A stretch of DNA of 64,000 nt, from NCBI GenBank assembly GCA_035292445.1, contig DATDQB010000003.1, forward strand, positions 9,692-73,691, given 5' to 3'. This DNA is from Candidatus Omnitrophota bacterium (lineage in GTDB: Bacteria > Omnitrophota > Gorgyraeia > Zapsychrales > Zapsychraceae). A model generated the notes under the pieces. The model made no database searches, was not told the DNA's origin, and saw only the letters and a program-made list of their open reading frames with translations. Below are positions 50,280 to 60,170 of this stretch, piece after piece. A program made the position numbers and the translations under genes. Each line of letters starts with the position of its first letter. The first letter of the stretch is position 1.

Positions 50280-50509
50280 TATTCAATCCCATCCCCGACC
50301 GTGCAGTCCCACTCCGCTGCCACCTCTTTATCCTCTTCAGCGGAAGCCTTATATCCTTCGATCAATTCGGCCTTTAACTTCTTCATTTCGTCATTACGCA
50401 TCTTTTCCCTCACCGCTTCCGCGATGAAACGGCTTTTATTGGGCACCTTCTGCAATTGTTTGACAACCTCTTCCGGCATAGTGATATTGAGTCTAACCAT
50501 GGGCTCCAC
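50279..50509 (-). CDS. ribbon-helix-helix antitoxin
   Basis: RLNITMPEE...NKSRFIAEAV; acidic tail; coupled to toxin. Confidence 0.85.
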   Translation of the reverse strand: MEPMVRLNITMPEEVVKQLQKVPNKSRFIAEAVREKMRNDEMKKLKAELIEGYKASAEEDKEVAAEWDCTVGDGIE

Positions 50510-51057
50510 CTCCTGTATGAAATATACACTATTTAGTGTGTATAATCAATACAGAAGTTAAATTCGCCAGACGTGTGGTGAATTTCTTACCTCCCGCAGC
50601 CGCATCTTCCGCCATATTGGCGCCTAAGCTGCCTGATTTGCTTCGGCACGCTTTGGTAATGCCGGATCACGATCCTGTTGGACACGACCACCGCCAACTG
50701 ATGATCATCTCCCGCAGTTGAAGAATTTCTTTGGCTAAGGCCCATCAAACTTAGCTGATAATTCCGGTTATTGATGTCAAGGAACGTTTGAGCTTCGGCG
50801 TTTACAGTCATAGTGATCATTAACAGTATTAAAACAAGAACCGGTCTGATCTCATATCAACTCCTTTCAATCTTTCTGACCATCGCAACCTGCTCCCCCA
50901 TGCAGTCCTATCTCTATCAAAATGTGGCTGGCGTATTTCTTTTTTCTCCTCTATAAAGAATCTTTTGATATGAGCATAAGACAATACATCCATATAAAAA
51001 ATGAAATACCCAAAATTCGTAGGACCGGGTACCCATTTCATCAATAGCCACAATAAC

Positions 51058-51561
51058 TTACGAGTAAAATGCCTCATAATATGAATCTAAAAATAAAAGA
51101 CCTGCTACGGATTCTTCATTTCCCCGATACACTCTTGCGCTGCTATAACGATATTCATCAGCTCTTTGGACGATCTTTGCCTTAACAGGATTTTCATGGA
51201 CATATTCTAGACACTCAAAGAAATACTTCTCCCGTTCGATTACCCGACTTTTAAAACGGCTCTGCCATAAATGCCCTGCATAATTGTATTTCTTTCGATA
51301 GCGAATAGAATACGCTAATGCTAAAGCATGTATAATGCGTGATATGCTGTGTTTCTGAACCGTCTCCAATATCATATGGTAATGATTATCCATTAAACAT
51401 ATGGCATAAACTTTAAATAAAAACCTCGCTCGATAATGATCGAGCAGACTGAGAAAGAGCTCTTTATCTTCATCATCTTTAAAAACCTCCGAACGATTGT
51501 TTCCCCGGTTATACACGTGATAAATAGCGCTTACATAAAACTCTCTGCGTAATCTTCCCAT
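51058..51561 (-). mobile_element. RAYT/IS200-like Y1 HUH transposase 1
   Basis: YHVYNRG, MDNHYH, LWQSRF, YVHENPVKA, YSS; flanked by 11-bp inverted repeat GACCGGGTACC (51023-51033/51607-51617). Confidence 0.88.
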
Positions 51562-51567
51562 GCCGTA

Positions 51568-52468
51568 TCACTTCCCTCACAATTCATTCTAATCCTTATA
51601 CTTATTGGTACCCGGTCTTGCATATCCTCATTGTATCGTCATCATAAAAAGAAAAAGAAGGGGACAGGACACTCCCAGGGGACACCTTATCTCCTTTTTC
51701 TTCTTTCAAAAAACTGGAACTTGAAAAATGCTGATCCAATGATACTACCGCTCTCAAAATCCTCCTGAATAAGATCATCTAAAATTCCCTTTCGTCTAAT
51801 AGACTCTATATCCCCATATTCATCCACCAATTCATCGGAAATACCTTGATGACAAACGCGGTGCGAACTATATGGCCAATCTTCATTTTTCTTAACCATC
51901 TCTGCCTTCACAGGATTTGCCTCAATATATTGACCACACGCTAATAAATACTCTTCGTTCTCAATTAATAAACTTTTATACCGCTCACGCCATATTGGCC
52001 CACTCAATCGATATTTTGTATGAAATATGCTTGTATAACGACTTTTCACTCTTGCTAAACTTTTTGAAAATTCGACAACGTTCGGTATTTCGACAGCCAA
52101 ATGAAAATGTGTTTGCATTAGGCAGTAATGAAAGATCCGAAATCCACTTTTTCGCTTTTCAATGAGCAATTCCCTTTTAAATGCCTCAAAATCTTCTCTA
52201 TCTTTAAAGACTTTTAACTTCCGTATCGACCGTGATATCACGTGAGAATAACATCCGCCATACAACAACTCCGTTCTTGCCACCCTCGCGCACATCGCAT
52301 TGTTCCTTTCGCATAACCTGTCCCTCTAGAGTGTCCTGTCCCCTTCCCTTCTTCCCTTTCCCTTCTATTCCCTACATCTGCCCTGTCCACTGCCGGTGGA
52401 CTGTCCCCTTCCCCTTCACTTCCCTCACAATTCATTCTAATCCTTATACTTATTGGTACCCGGTCTTG
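51568..52468. repeat. 53-bp perfect direct repeat (51568-51620, 52416-52468)
   Basis: tcacttccctcacaattcattctaatccttatacttattggtacccggtcttg at both positions. Confidence 0.92.
51687..52295 (-). mobile_element. RAYT/IS200-like Y1 HUH transposase 2
   Basis: MQTHFH, IWRERY, YIEANPVKA, WPYSS; flanked by 18-bp inverted repeat GAAGGGGACAGGACACTC (51657-51674/52329-52346). Confidence 0.88.
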
Positions 52469-52481
52469 TATATCTTTCCCT

Positions 52482-52778
52482 TTATATCAACTTAAGAATA
52501 ATAAAAGAAAAATATGTCAAAAGAATTGCAAAAATAAAACATGAAAGCATTGTGGACTTGACCCATCTAAATACAACATAGGCTAACAATTGGTACTGTA
52601 TGAAATATAAAAAACTCACTGAGTAAACATGATTTAAATCAATCAATGTGAGAGGCATACCTAAAAAACCTAAGCTGAATAGAACTCCCTCCCCTCCATT
52701 TCCCCCATAGAGTAAAATTATCAAAATACCAAATATAAGACTTCCTGCTGAAATAATCGAGGCAATAATTTTATTCAT
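52482..52778 (-). CDS. small membrane protein, candidate orphan immunity
   Basis: AT-rich, hydrophobic, downstream of Rhs toxin. Confidence 0.55.
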   Translation of the reverse strand: MNKIIASIISAGSLIFGILIILLYGGNGGEGVLFSLGFLGMPLTLIDLNHVYSVSFLYFIQYQLLAYVVFRWVKSTMLSCFIFAILLTYFSFIILKLI

Positions 52779-52806
52779 ATTTCTTTGTTATTTCCTCTAG
52801 TTGTAC

Positions 52807-53205
52807 TTAATATTTTTTAATGCGTGTCAATAAAACACATGACAAAAGAATTAATCCTACGGCTAATATTACGGGCAACTTAAATTCTTCTTTTGGAAAA
52901 TGCGATATATTTCTTTCATAATACAGATAAAGCCCCCCTATAAAAAAACTTATTCCAATTATTAGAGATAACCCACAAACAGTTTGCGCCGTAGATATTT
53001 TGCGCCTAATTAAGAAGTATATAAAATAAAGAATGATGGATATTTCTAAAATAAAACCCAATATATTAATTCCTGGTAGAGGAAAAATAAACGCCAGAAG
53101 ACAGGAATTCATAATGATTAAAATAACCATCGAAATGATTACAAGATAATTTTCTTTATTAGTGGGCACTCTATTATCCTCTTTAAGGAATTGAACTCGC
53201 TGCAA
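52807..53205 (-). CDS. 4-TM membrane protein, candidate immunity
   Basis: AT-rich; likely true start GTG 53169 after GAGG. Confidence 0.55.
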   Translation of the reverse strand: MQRVQFLKEDNRVPTNKENYLVIISMVILIIMNSCLLAFIFPLPGINILGFILEISIILYFIYFLIRRKISTAQTVCGLSLIIGISFFIGGLYLYYERNISHFPKEEFKLPVILAVGLILLSCVLLTRIKKY

Positions 53206-53749
53206 TATAGATATTAATAAAATCCTGATTCTTACCTAATTCCATGTCCGGTTCTAAAACAGTAATCCGTAACTTAATATTATCTAAATACTTGCCTTGA
53301 TAAGGTATCTCAAACGTATCAAGTACTATCCATTTATAATAATCCGTATCATACCCATCTTCAAAATAACTACCCCAAGCTTTAAAAGCGGAAATTGTTT
53401 TCTCGCTCAAAATTTGAGCGTCAACCAAAAATTCAAGCTTAAATTTTCCATTGAACTTATGTTTGGTAGATAATACCTTTTTTTCAAATTCTAAACCGAA
53501 ATCATACAAACCCTTATACTTTGCATTAAGATTGAGCGTCTTGCTAAAACCCTTCTCAAGAAAATTCAACTTTTCTTTTACAATTGGATCATAGAAACCA
53601 TCTGGCGGATTAATTTTATTTATCATATACTTTACACCTCTAATATTATCGGATAGATAATTGTTATAAACAAAAACAACTAGAATTCCGAAAAAGACTA
53701 ACAAAAATAATATGATAAAAAAAAACAATTTACTTTTTCGAATGTGCAT
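53183..53749 (-). CDS. candidate cognate immunity protein (N-terminal TM + soluble domain)
   Basis: Overlaps Rhs stop by 20 nt; AT-rich. Confidence 0.7.
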   Translation of the reverse strand: MHIRKSKLFFFIILFLLVFFGILVVFVYNNYLSDNIRGVKYMINKINPPDGFYDPIVKEKLNFLEKGFSKTLNLNAKYKGLYDFGLEFEKKVLSTKHKFNGKFKLEFLVDAQILSEKTISAFKAWGSYFEDGYDTDYYKWIVLDTFEIPYQGKYLDNIKLRITVLEPDMELGKNQDFINIYIAASSIP

Positions 53750-56700
53750 TTTCTTTCCCCATTTTATTTATAACTTTTTTATATTCATTCCTTAACGCCT
53801 CGGCGAAATCTTGACAATTATGGTGGTTTAAACCGCATAATTCGTATTTATTTGGTTTCCATATTGGCTCACTTTTAACCATATCAAAAGCCTCTCTCAT
53901 TGTATCGTCATCATAATGTTTACTTTCATATACATACCCAAGCCCAGTAGGATCTTCGGAAAAAATCCCAACTGTTCCATTGTAGCCTATATTTTGGCCA
54001 GAACCATCTTCAAAAAATCCATGTTCATGGAAAGGTTCGTGATTAATTCTATCTAAAATTTCAGTAGGCTTTCCGGGTTTAAACCATTTAGTAGAAGCGA
54101 GAGGCCTTCTACCAAATACAAACAGTCCAAAAGGATCACTCCAATTTATTGGACTATTCTCAACATATATATATAAATTCATTGAATCTAAGTAACCTAA
54201 CGGATCAGGCGTAAGCCAGCGGCCTACCTGCGGGTCATAATACCTAGCTCCAAAATAATACAATCCAGCCCTGGAATCAAACTCTTTTGTGCTAAAAAGA
54301 TATCGGTTAGTATCCCCGCTGGTTTGGGGATTTATCAGATTACCGAAGGCATCATAACTGTAGTTATTCGCGGCCGTTCCCGTGAGAGCGGCGACAGAGC
54401 CTAAATCGTCGTAATGATAATACTGGACAACAGGCGTGTTATTGCTCGTATGGCTTTGCGCAATCAGCCCTGCGATGCCGCCGGGAAAACCTATCGCTCT
54501 CGTATATGTCTTGAAACTGCCTGAATCATCCCTTTCCACCAGAATATTTGAACCGTCGTATAAATAGTCCGTGGCCAGTGCATTGCCTGTTGCCGCGTTA
54601 TCATTCAGCACAACCTGCGTTCGCAGCCCTTCCCCATTATAGATCAAACGATCCGTCTGTGTACCGGAAATATCGGGAATATTCTCATAGGTTAACCGGT
54701 TGAGCCTATTCTCAAAATCATAAGCATAGCTTGTTTGTCTCGGCGATGGATCGCTTGGGGCCGAAGAAACAATTTTATTTATTCGATTGCCGTTATTGTC
54801 GTAGGTATAAACCGCCTGCACAGGGAACACGGATGTTCCCACGCTGATCGTCCCATTCCATCCTGTCAACCGGTTGGCAGCATCATTGGAATAATTATTG
54901 ACCAAAGACACAGCGAGGGCCGGATTAGCGGTTTTTCCATAACCGGCATTGGTCATGCTCGTCAAAACTGAAGACGGCATGTTCAGATAGTCTGCGCTCC
55001 AGAAGCCTCCCAGCGTTGTATCTTTTCTCCAAGTTAAACGGTTGCCCACAGGATCATAAGTGTAAATGTTGCTATAGATGGTTGATGAGCCAGTTTGCTT
55101 CGTTTCATTTAACAATTGATTCTGCGTATCGTAGGTATAAATTGTCCATGAGCCGTCGGCAAATATCTTTTGCTTGACCATTCCCGCAATGTCATAGACA
55201 TTAGTGTAGGAGGAAATTACTGTCGCTCCATTTTGGATTACGGCTGACAAAACCCTGTTTAACGAGTCGTAGGTATAATTCTCCACAACGCCGTTAGGGC
55301 TTGTCATCGAAAGGAGATTTGAGTTGGCATCGTATTCATAGGACGTTATTCCATTTTGATCCTGTACCGAAGCCAAACGATTTAAGGCGTCATATGTATT
55401 GGTTACTGTGCGGCCGTTTTGATCAAGAGTGGTCAAACGGTTACCTTCACCGTCGTACACATAATTAATGGTATTGTTAGTTCCAGGACTTTTTTTAGTT
55501 AATAATCGATCTAATGCATCATAAGTGTAAGTCGTCACTCCCGTGGAATCGGTCATCGACGTCATGCGGCCCAAAGCATCGTAGACATTGGTGACCTGCG
55601 AATTGTCGGGATAAGTAGTTTTTGTTAAACGATTTAAAGCATCATAGGTATAGCTCGTCGTTTCGCCATTGGCATCTTTTCCGGTTAAAACATTTCCAAC
55701 CGGATCATAAGTAAAGGTTGTTAACAAGTTTAACGCGTTGGTTTGGGTCAAAACCCTGCCATTAGGATCATACGTATACGTTGTCGCATGCTCATTGGCA
55801 TCGGTAAGGGTCCGCAGGCGGCCTTCGGTATCATAATTAAATTGAGTTATCCCATCTTTGGGATCCTCAATTTGCGAAAGCCGCTCGAAAGCATCATAGG
55901 TTTTTATTAAGACATTTCCCCTTTGATCGGTCACGCTGATCTGATTTCCAAAAGCATCATACGCATAGGAAACCCTTGAGCCATCGGCAAAGGTCGTTTT
56001 AAGAAGCCTGTTTAACTTATCGTGTTCATAAGAGGTGGTGTTATTTAAAGCATCCGTTTCTGAGACGATATTGTCATCAACACCATAGCTGAAAGGGAAA
56101 AAACTAACGGTAACTGTAATCGGCGAAGACGTTGTCGATAAACCACTAACATCGGTCGCCACAGCCGTCAAATTGTGAGTTCCAGCCGGCACATTAATCC
56201 AAGAATACGTAAACGCTTCAAAAGTGCTGGTCACCCTTCCCAATAATGTGGAGCCGTTGTAAAAATCAACATAGCTGATCGTTCCATAATCTTCTCTAGC
56301 GATCGCTGTAATATTAACAGATCCTGTTGTAAAGCCGCTTTGATTGGAAGGGCTTTCAACGGAAACTTCCGGTAAACCATGAATCATAACCACAACGGGG
56401 CTGGATGTTGCCGAAGTGCCAAAAGCATCCGTGGCCACAGCGGTTAAGGAATAGATACCCACTGGAGCATTTGTGATCGTATACGTATATGGAGCTGTAG
56501 TACTTGTCCCTAATAGTGTTGACCCATTATAGAAGGATACGCTGGTGATAGTCCCGTTTATTTCACTTGCACTTGCCGTAATTGTTAAGTCTGCCCCTAC
56601 CGTAAAGCTGCTGTTACTGGCAGGACTTGTTATTTCAACCATCGGTAGACCGGCAACGGTCAATGAGGCCGCTGCGCTGGTTACGCTCCCTGCCGAATTG

Positions 56701-57305
56701 CTGACTACGCATCTATACCTTGTTCCGCTGTTTTCAATTGTTGTTTCTGGAGTTGTAGTTCCATAAGAAGCTGCCGTTGCTCCGGTGATGGATGAAAAAT
56801 TATTAGAACCGGGGGCGGCTTTCTGCCACTGGTATGCAGGCTCCGGTGAGCCGCTGGCCACGACCGAAAACGTTGCCCTTTTGGGCACCTGAACCGTCAC
56901 ATCAACCGGCTGCGTAATGATTGTCGGTGCTATTGATACTGAATCGACGGTCAATATCGCTGCGTTACTTGTGACACTGCCGCTTGCGTTGCTAACGACG
57001 CATTGATATTTTGTTCCGCTCATTGCAGCTGTCGTCGGTGGCGTTGTATAAGAAGCAGCCGTTGCTCCGCTGATAGTTGTATATTTATTTGAGCCGAAAG
57101 CTTGTTTCCATTGATACGTTAAAGGCGTGTCACTACTTGCAACTACGGTAAAAGTTGCCGTCGCCGGGGCTGAGACCGTCACACTAACCGGTTGTGTCGT
57201 GATGGTTGGTTTTGAAGGAGGGGCGGCATAGGCATTACTAATACCTGCCCCTAAGAAAGTTAAAACGGCACCAAAAAATACAAGCCTGCTAAAATATGTA
57301 CACAT
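53730..57305 (-). CDS. Rhs C-half: signal peptide, Ig-like domains, YD repeats, Rhs core, C-terminal toxin
   Basis: GGAGG then ATG 57305; MCTYF...NAYA signal; 2x ITQP/TTQP Ig + 2x FYNGSTLLG Big; RYYDPQVGRWLTPDPLG...DPFGL. Confidence 0.92.
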   Translation of the reverse strand: MCTYFSRLVFFGAVLTFLGAGISNAYAAPPSKPTITTQPVSVTVSAPATATFTVVASSDTPLTYQWKQAFGSNKYTTISGATAASYTTPPTTAAMSGTKYQCVVSNASGSVTSNAAILTVDSVSIAPTIITQPVDVTVQVPKRATFSVVASGSPEPAYQWQKAAPGSNNFSSITGATAASYGTTTPETTIENSGTRYRCVVSNSAGSVTSAAASLTVAGLPMVEITSPASNSSFTVGADLTITASASEINGTITSVSFYNGSTLLGTSTTAPYTYTITNAPVGIYSLTAVATDAFGTSATSSPVVVMIHGLPEVSVESPSNQSGFTTGSVNITAIAREDYGTISYVDFYNGSTLLGRVTSTFEAFTYSWINVPAGTHNLTAVATDVSGLSTTSSPITVTVSFFPFSYGVDDNIVSETDALNNTTSYEHDKLNRLLKTTFADGSRVSYAYDAFGNQISVTDQRGNVLIKTYDAFERLSQIEDPKDGITQFNYDTEGRLRTLTDANEHATTYTYDPNGRVLTQTNALNLLTTFTYDPVGNVLTGKDANGETTSYTYDALNRLTKTTYPDNSQVTNVYDALGRMTSMTDSTGVTTYTYDALDRLLTKKSPGTNNTINYVYDGEGNRLTTLDQNGRTVTNTYDALNRLASVQDQNGITSYEYDANSNLLSMTSPNGVVENYTYDSLNRVLSAVIQNGATVISSYTNVYDIAGMVKQKIFADGSWTIYTYDTQNQLLNETKQTGSSTIYSNIYTYDPVGNRLTWRKDTTLGGFWSADYLNMPSSVLTSMTNAGYGKTANPALAVSLVNNYSNDAANRLTGWNGTISVGTSVFPVQAVYTYDNNGNRINKIVSSAPSDPSPRQTSYAYDFENRLNRLTYENIPDISGTQTDRLIYNGEGLRTQVVLNDNAATGNALATDYLYDGSNILVERDDSGSFKTYTRAIGFPGGIAGLIAQSHTSNNTPVVQYYHYDDLGSVAALTGTAANNYSYDAFGNLINPQTSGDTNRYLFSTKEFDSRAGLYYFGARYYDPQVGRWLTPDPLGYLDSMNLYIYVENSPINWSDPFGLFVFGRRPLASTKWFKPGKPTEILDRINHEPFHEHGFFEDGSGQNIGYNGTVGIFSEDPTGLGYVYESKHYDDDTMREAFDMVKSEPIWKPNKYELCGLNHHNCQDFAEALRNEYKKVINKMGKENAHSKK

Positions 57306-57339
57306 TATATCTCCTCCGAATTTTATTATTCTTATATGC

Positions 57340-59535
57340 TTACTCATAGGTAAAATTAATGATATTACCCAGTGCATCAGTTTTTTGGATGACATGGTTT
57401 AAAGCATCATAAGTAAAATTGGCGCTATTCCCACGGCTATCGGTCGACTTTATAACATTACCAAATTGGTCATAGATAAAGGAATGACTGTTTCCTAACG
57501 CATCGACAATGTCAGTCAGATTTCCATGGGAATCATAGTTAAAACGAGTGATATTCCCCAAAGCATCCGTTTCGCTACTGATCAAATTAAAATCGGGAGT
57601 ATAGGTCATCTTCGTCTGCTTGCCCAACGGATCAGTTATCTGAATAAGATTTCCATAAGAGTCGTACGTAAAATTTGTCACATTATTCCGCGCGTCTTTT
57701 ATGGACGTCCGATTCATAAGAAAATCCCAAATCTGTTGGGTCACTGCTCCCAAAGGATCTGTCTGGGAAATAAGCAATCCGGAACTGTTAAACATATAGG
57801 TGTTGTTGTTTCCTAAACTGTCGGTCACAACCGTCGTGTTGTTCGCCAGATAATCTAAAGTAACTTTGTTGACATTATTATCCTGCCAGTTCACAACCAC
57901 ACGACCTTGTGAGTCGTATGTAAAATACGTGTTGTGACCATTGGAATTGACCAGTTTAATAATTTTATGATTAGCATCATAAAAATAATTCGTGACCTTT
58001 CCTGCTGGGTCAGTAATCCAACTTAAGTTTCCATTTGGGTCATAGCCATATTGAAAAGTTTTCCCGGCCGGATCCGAAGCAGAAATAACACGGTTACTGG
58101 AATCAAAATTCAAGACGATCTTCCGACCGCTGGCATCTTGAATATAGGTCCCTCCTGCCGGGGCAGGGTCATAAACAAAAGTCAGCTTATTGCCATTGCG
58201 GTCTGTGCGGAATGATAACCGTCCATTAATATCATAGACAGCAACATTACCGTTTTTATCCTTGAGTGTAAAAGTATCATCCGAATTTTTGGTAAGTATG
58301 GAATAATTCCCTGGTGAAGGAACATAGGTACCTGAATTATTAATAAAGTATTTCCCAGCTCCATCGCCATCATAAATGATCACATTTCCACTTCTATCCT
58401 GAGTTAAGTTAACGTCAAAATCTGTGCGCCAACCATAGCCGAACATCCCGCTAAAAGTGGAAAAAGAGCGGTATTCCCGGGATAGAGAAAGCACTGGCCC
58501 TCGTCCATCCAAGGAAAAGTCTGTGGATGAGAAATATGCTTCCCCGGTAGCGATATTCACGGGGTCTTTGGTAAGGGTCTTTAAAGCCGAAGGAACGATC
58601 TCCGTTGCCGGCAATGGAGGTTCAGTTCCTTTATTAAGAGAAACCGAGACTACTCCAGTGCCGATATTATTATAGGGATCAGCTGCCACCGCCCTTAAAA
58701 TGTAGTCTCCTTTGGGGAATTTGCTGGCAGCCCACGAATAGCTGAAAGAACCAGGAACAGGTTTAGAATATGCCTGCAGCAAAAAGGATTGTCCGGTGGT
58801 TACATTATCAGCAAAAAGCTCCAGTCTGGTCACTGCAAGATTGTCAGAATTTGCGACTGAAATGGTTGTGCTTGACCCTTTGAGTGTAGATCCATCGCTT
58901 GGCGTTGTAAAAGTTACTGTAGGAGCTAAGTCATCAATCAAATCGAAATTGGTAGAAGTTAAAAGTACGCCATTACGACTGATTGTTATTCGCCAGACGC
59001 CGGGATGTGAAGTTACAAAGGATTTAATATTTATATATGGACCAGCACCGAATTCGACAGTGCCAAATGGATACTGATACGTTATTGAGCAAACCCACCC
59101 AAATAAAGGATTATCACTACAGAATTGCCAGTTTTCTTCATCTATGCGTGTCCAGGCTGCTTTTGCATAAAATGTTGTTGAACCTGTAGGCAGATATGTT
59201 ACCGGATCTAAAATAGGGTTATAAACATCCCATGTGAACACATCTCCAACCTCAGCGTTCTGAAGATAAATATAATAGTAAATAACATCCCAAGTCACTG
59301 AGGCGGGCGACCCGGGATAGAGATAATCGCAGCACCAAGAAAAAACCGGTTCAGTTGATGTGGTTGAAACAGATCTTTTGCTCTGTATAGCCTGCTGAAC
59401 CGGCTGCGGACTCGGAGCCATCCCCACCATTTTGTCTTCGCCATCGTCACTCAAAACGTCATGTACAAAAAGCAGACTAGAAAAAGCAAAAAGAAAAGCC
59501 CAAAAAAATAATCTATTTTTAGAACTTTTTCTCAT
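57340..59535 (-). CDS. Rhs N-half: signal peptide, Ig-like domain, DPVNIATG domain, YD repeats, no core
   Basis: AGGAGG RBS; DPVNIATGE...FGYGW; YD repeats up to the stop. Confidence 0.9.
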   Translation of the reverse strand: MRKSSKNRLFFWAFLFAFSSLLFVHDVLSDDGEDKMVGMAPSPQPVQQAIQSKRSVSTTSTEPVFSWCCDYLYPGSPASVTWDVIYYYIYLQNAEVGDVFTWDVYNPILDPVTYLPTGSTTFYAKAAWTRIDEENWQFCSDNPLFGWVCSITYQYPFGTVEFGAGPYINIKSFVTSHPGVWRITISRNGVLLTSTNFDLIDDLAPTVTFTTPSDGSTLKGSSTTISVANSDNLAVTRLELFADNVTTGQSFLLQAYSKPVPGSFSYSWAASKFPKGDYILRAVAADPYNNIGTGVVSVSLNKGTEPPLPATEIVPSALKTLTKDPVNIATGEAYFSSTDFSLDGRGPVLSLSREYRSFSTFSGMFGYGWRTDFDVNLTQDRSGNVIIYDGDGAGKYFINNSGTYVPSPGNYSILTKNSDDTFTLKDKNGNVAVYDINGRLSFRTDRNGNKLTFVYDPAPAGGTYIQDASGRKIVLNFDSSNRVISASDPAGKTFQYGYDPNGNLSWITDPAGKVTNYFYDANHKIIKLVNSNGHNTYFTYDSQGRVVVNWQDNNVNKVTLDYLANNTTVVTDSLGNNNTYMFNSSGLLISQTDPLGAVTQQIWDFLMNRTSIKDARNNVTNFTYDSYGNLIQITDPLGKQTKMTYTPDFNLISSETDALGNITRFNYDSHGNLTDIVDALGNSHSFIYDQFGNVIKSTDSRGNSANFTYDALNHVIQKTDALGNIINFTYE

Positions 59536-59722
59536 TTATTTCCTCCTGATTTATTTGAAAAAAAGATGGATGACAGTGGACTTGCCCCGAATGGGGATCC
59601 ACATGGGCCGCCAGATCGCTCAACTGGGGCAGATGATTGGCGGAAACGGGATCAATCCGGGAATAAATAGTGACGAACAAAAGAATTGCAGTAAATGTGA
59701 TTCGGATTTTACGGTTCATCAT
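59519..59722 (-). CDS. small signal-peptide-like ORF (possible remnant)
   Basis: AGGAGG RBS, basic + hydrophobic N-terminus; overlaps Rhs start. Confidence 0.4.
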   Translation of the reverse strand: MMNRKIRITFTAILLFVTIYSRIDPVSANHLPQLSDLAAHVDPHSGQVHCHPSFFQINQEEINEKKF

Positions 59723-59865
59723 GCCCTCCTTAAATTTTTAGACCTATTCCGCTAAGATAAGGGCACGGGCAATTTTTATATAAAGGGTGCCCGGGTTTGA
59801 CCGCTCGATTTCCCCTTTTCGGTACGGTTCATCCCCCATGTATAAGGACCCAAGCACCCTAAATT

Positions 59866-60150
59866 TTAATCCTGGTTTACAAAACTTTCCGCTGTATAAG
59901 AGCTCATGATTTCATCCGCTATTTGGTTGCGTACCTCTTTATCGAGACAGCGCACGCTTTCATACCATTTGTTGTCCTTGGCCTTCTCCGAAGGCATGGA
60001 GATGAACAGCCCCTTCTTGCCATCCACCAAACGAATACCTTTGATGAGGATGGCGTCGTTGATGCAGATATCGACAAAGGCCTTAAGCGCCCCTTCGCCG
60101 TTCATCCGATGTATCCGCTGGACTTTGATGTCTAATTTTGAGTCACTCAT
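59866..60150 (-). CDS. spoVG: SpoVG-family nucleic-acid-binding protein
   Basis: LKAFVDI...IKGIRLVDGKKGLFISMPS. Confidence 0.92.
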   Translation of the reverse strand: MSDSKLDIKVQRIHRMNGEGALKAFVDICINDAILIKGIRLVDGKKGLFISMPSEKAKDNKWYESVRCLDKEVRNQIADEIMSSYTAESFVNQD

Positions 60151-60170
60151 TGAATTTCTCCTTTCGCTCT

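Noticed and set aside
50560-50820. Possible decayed four-helix-bundle gene (SGSLGANMAE in one minus frame)
   Set aside because: Similarity too short and split across frames to support
57305-57395. Frameshift joining the two Rhs genes, or start at 57395
   Set aside because: Gene B has its own RBS, signal peptide and ~400 aa of non-YD sequence from 57305
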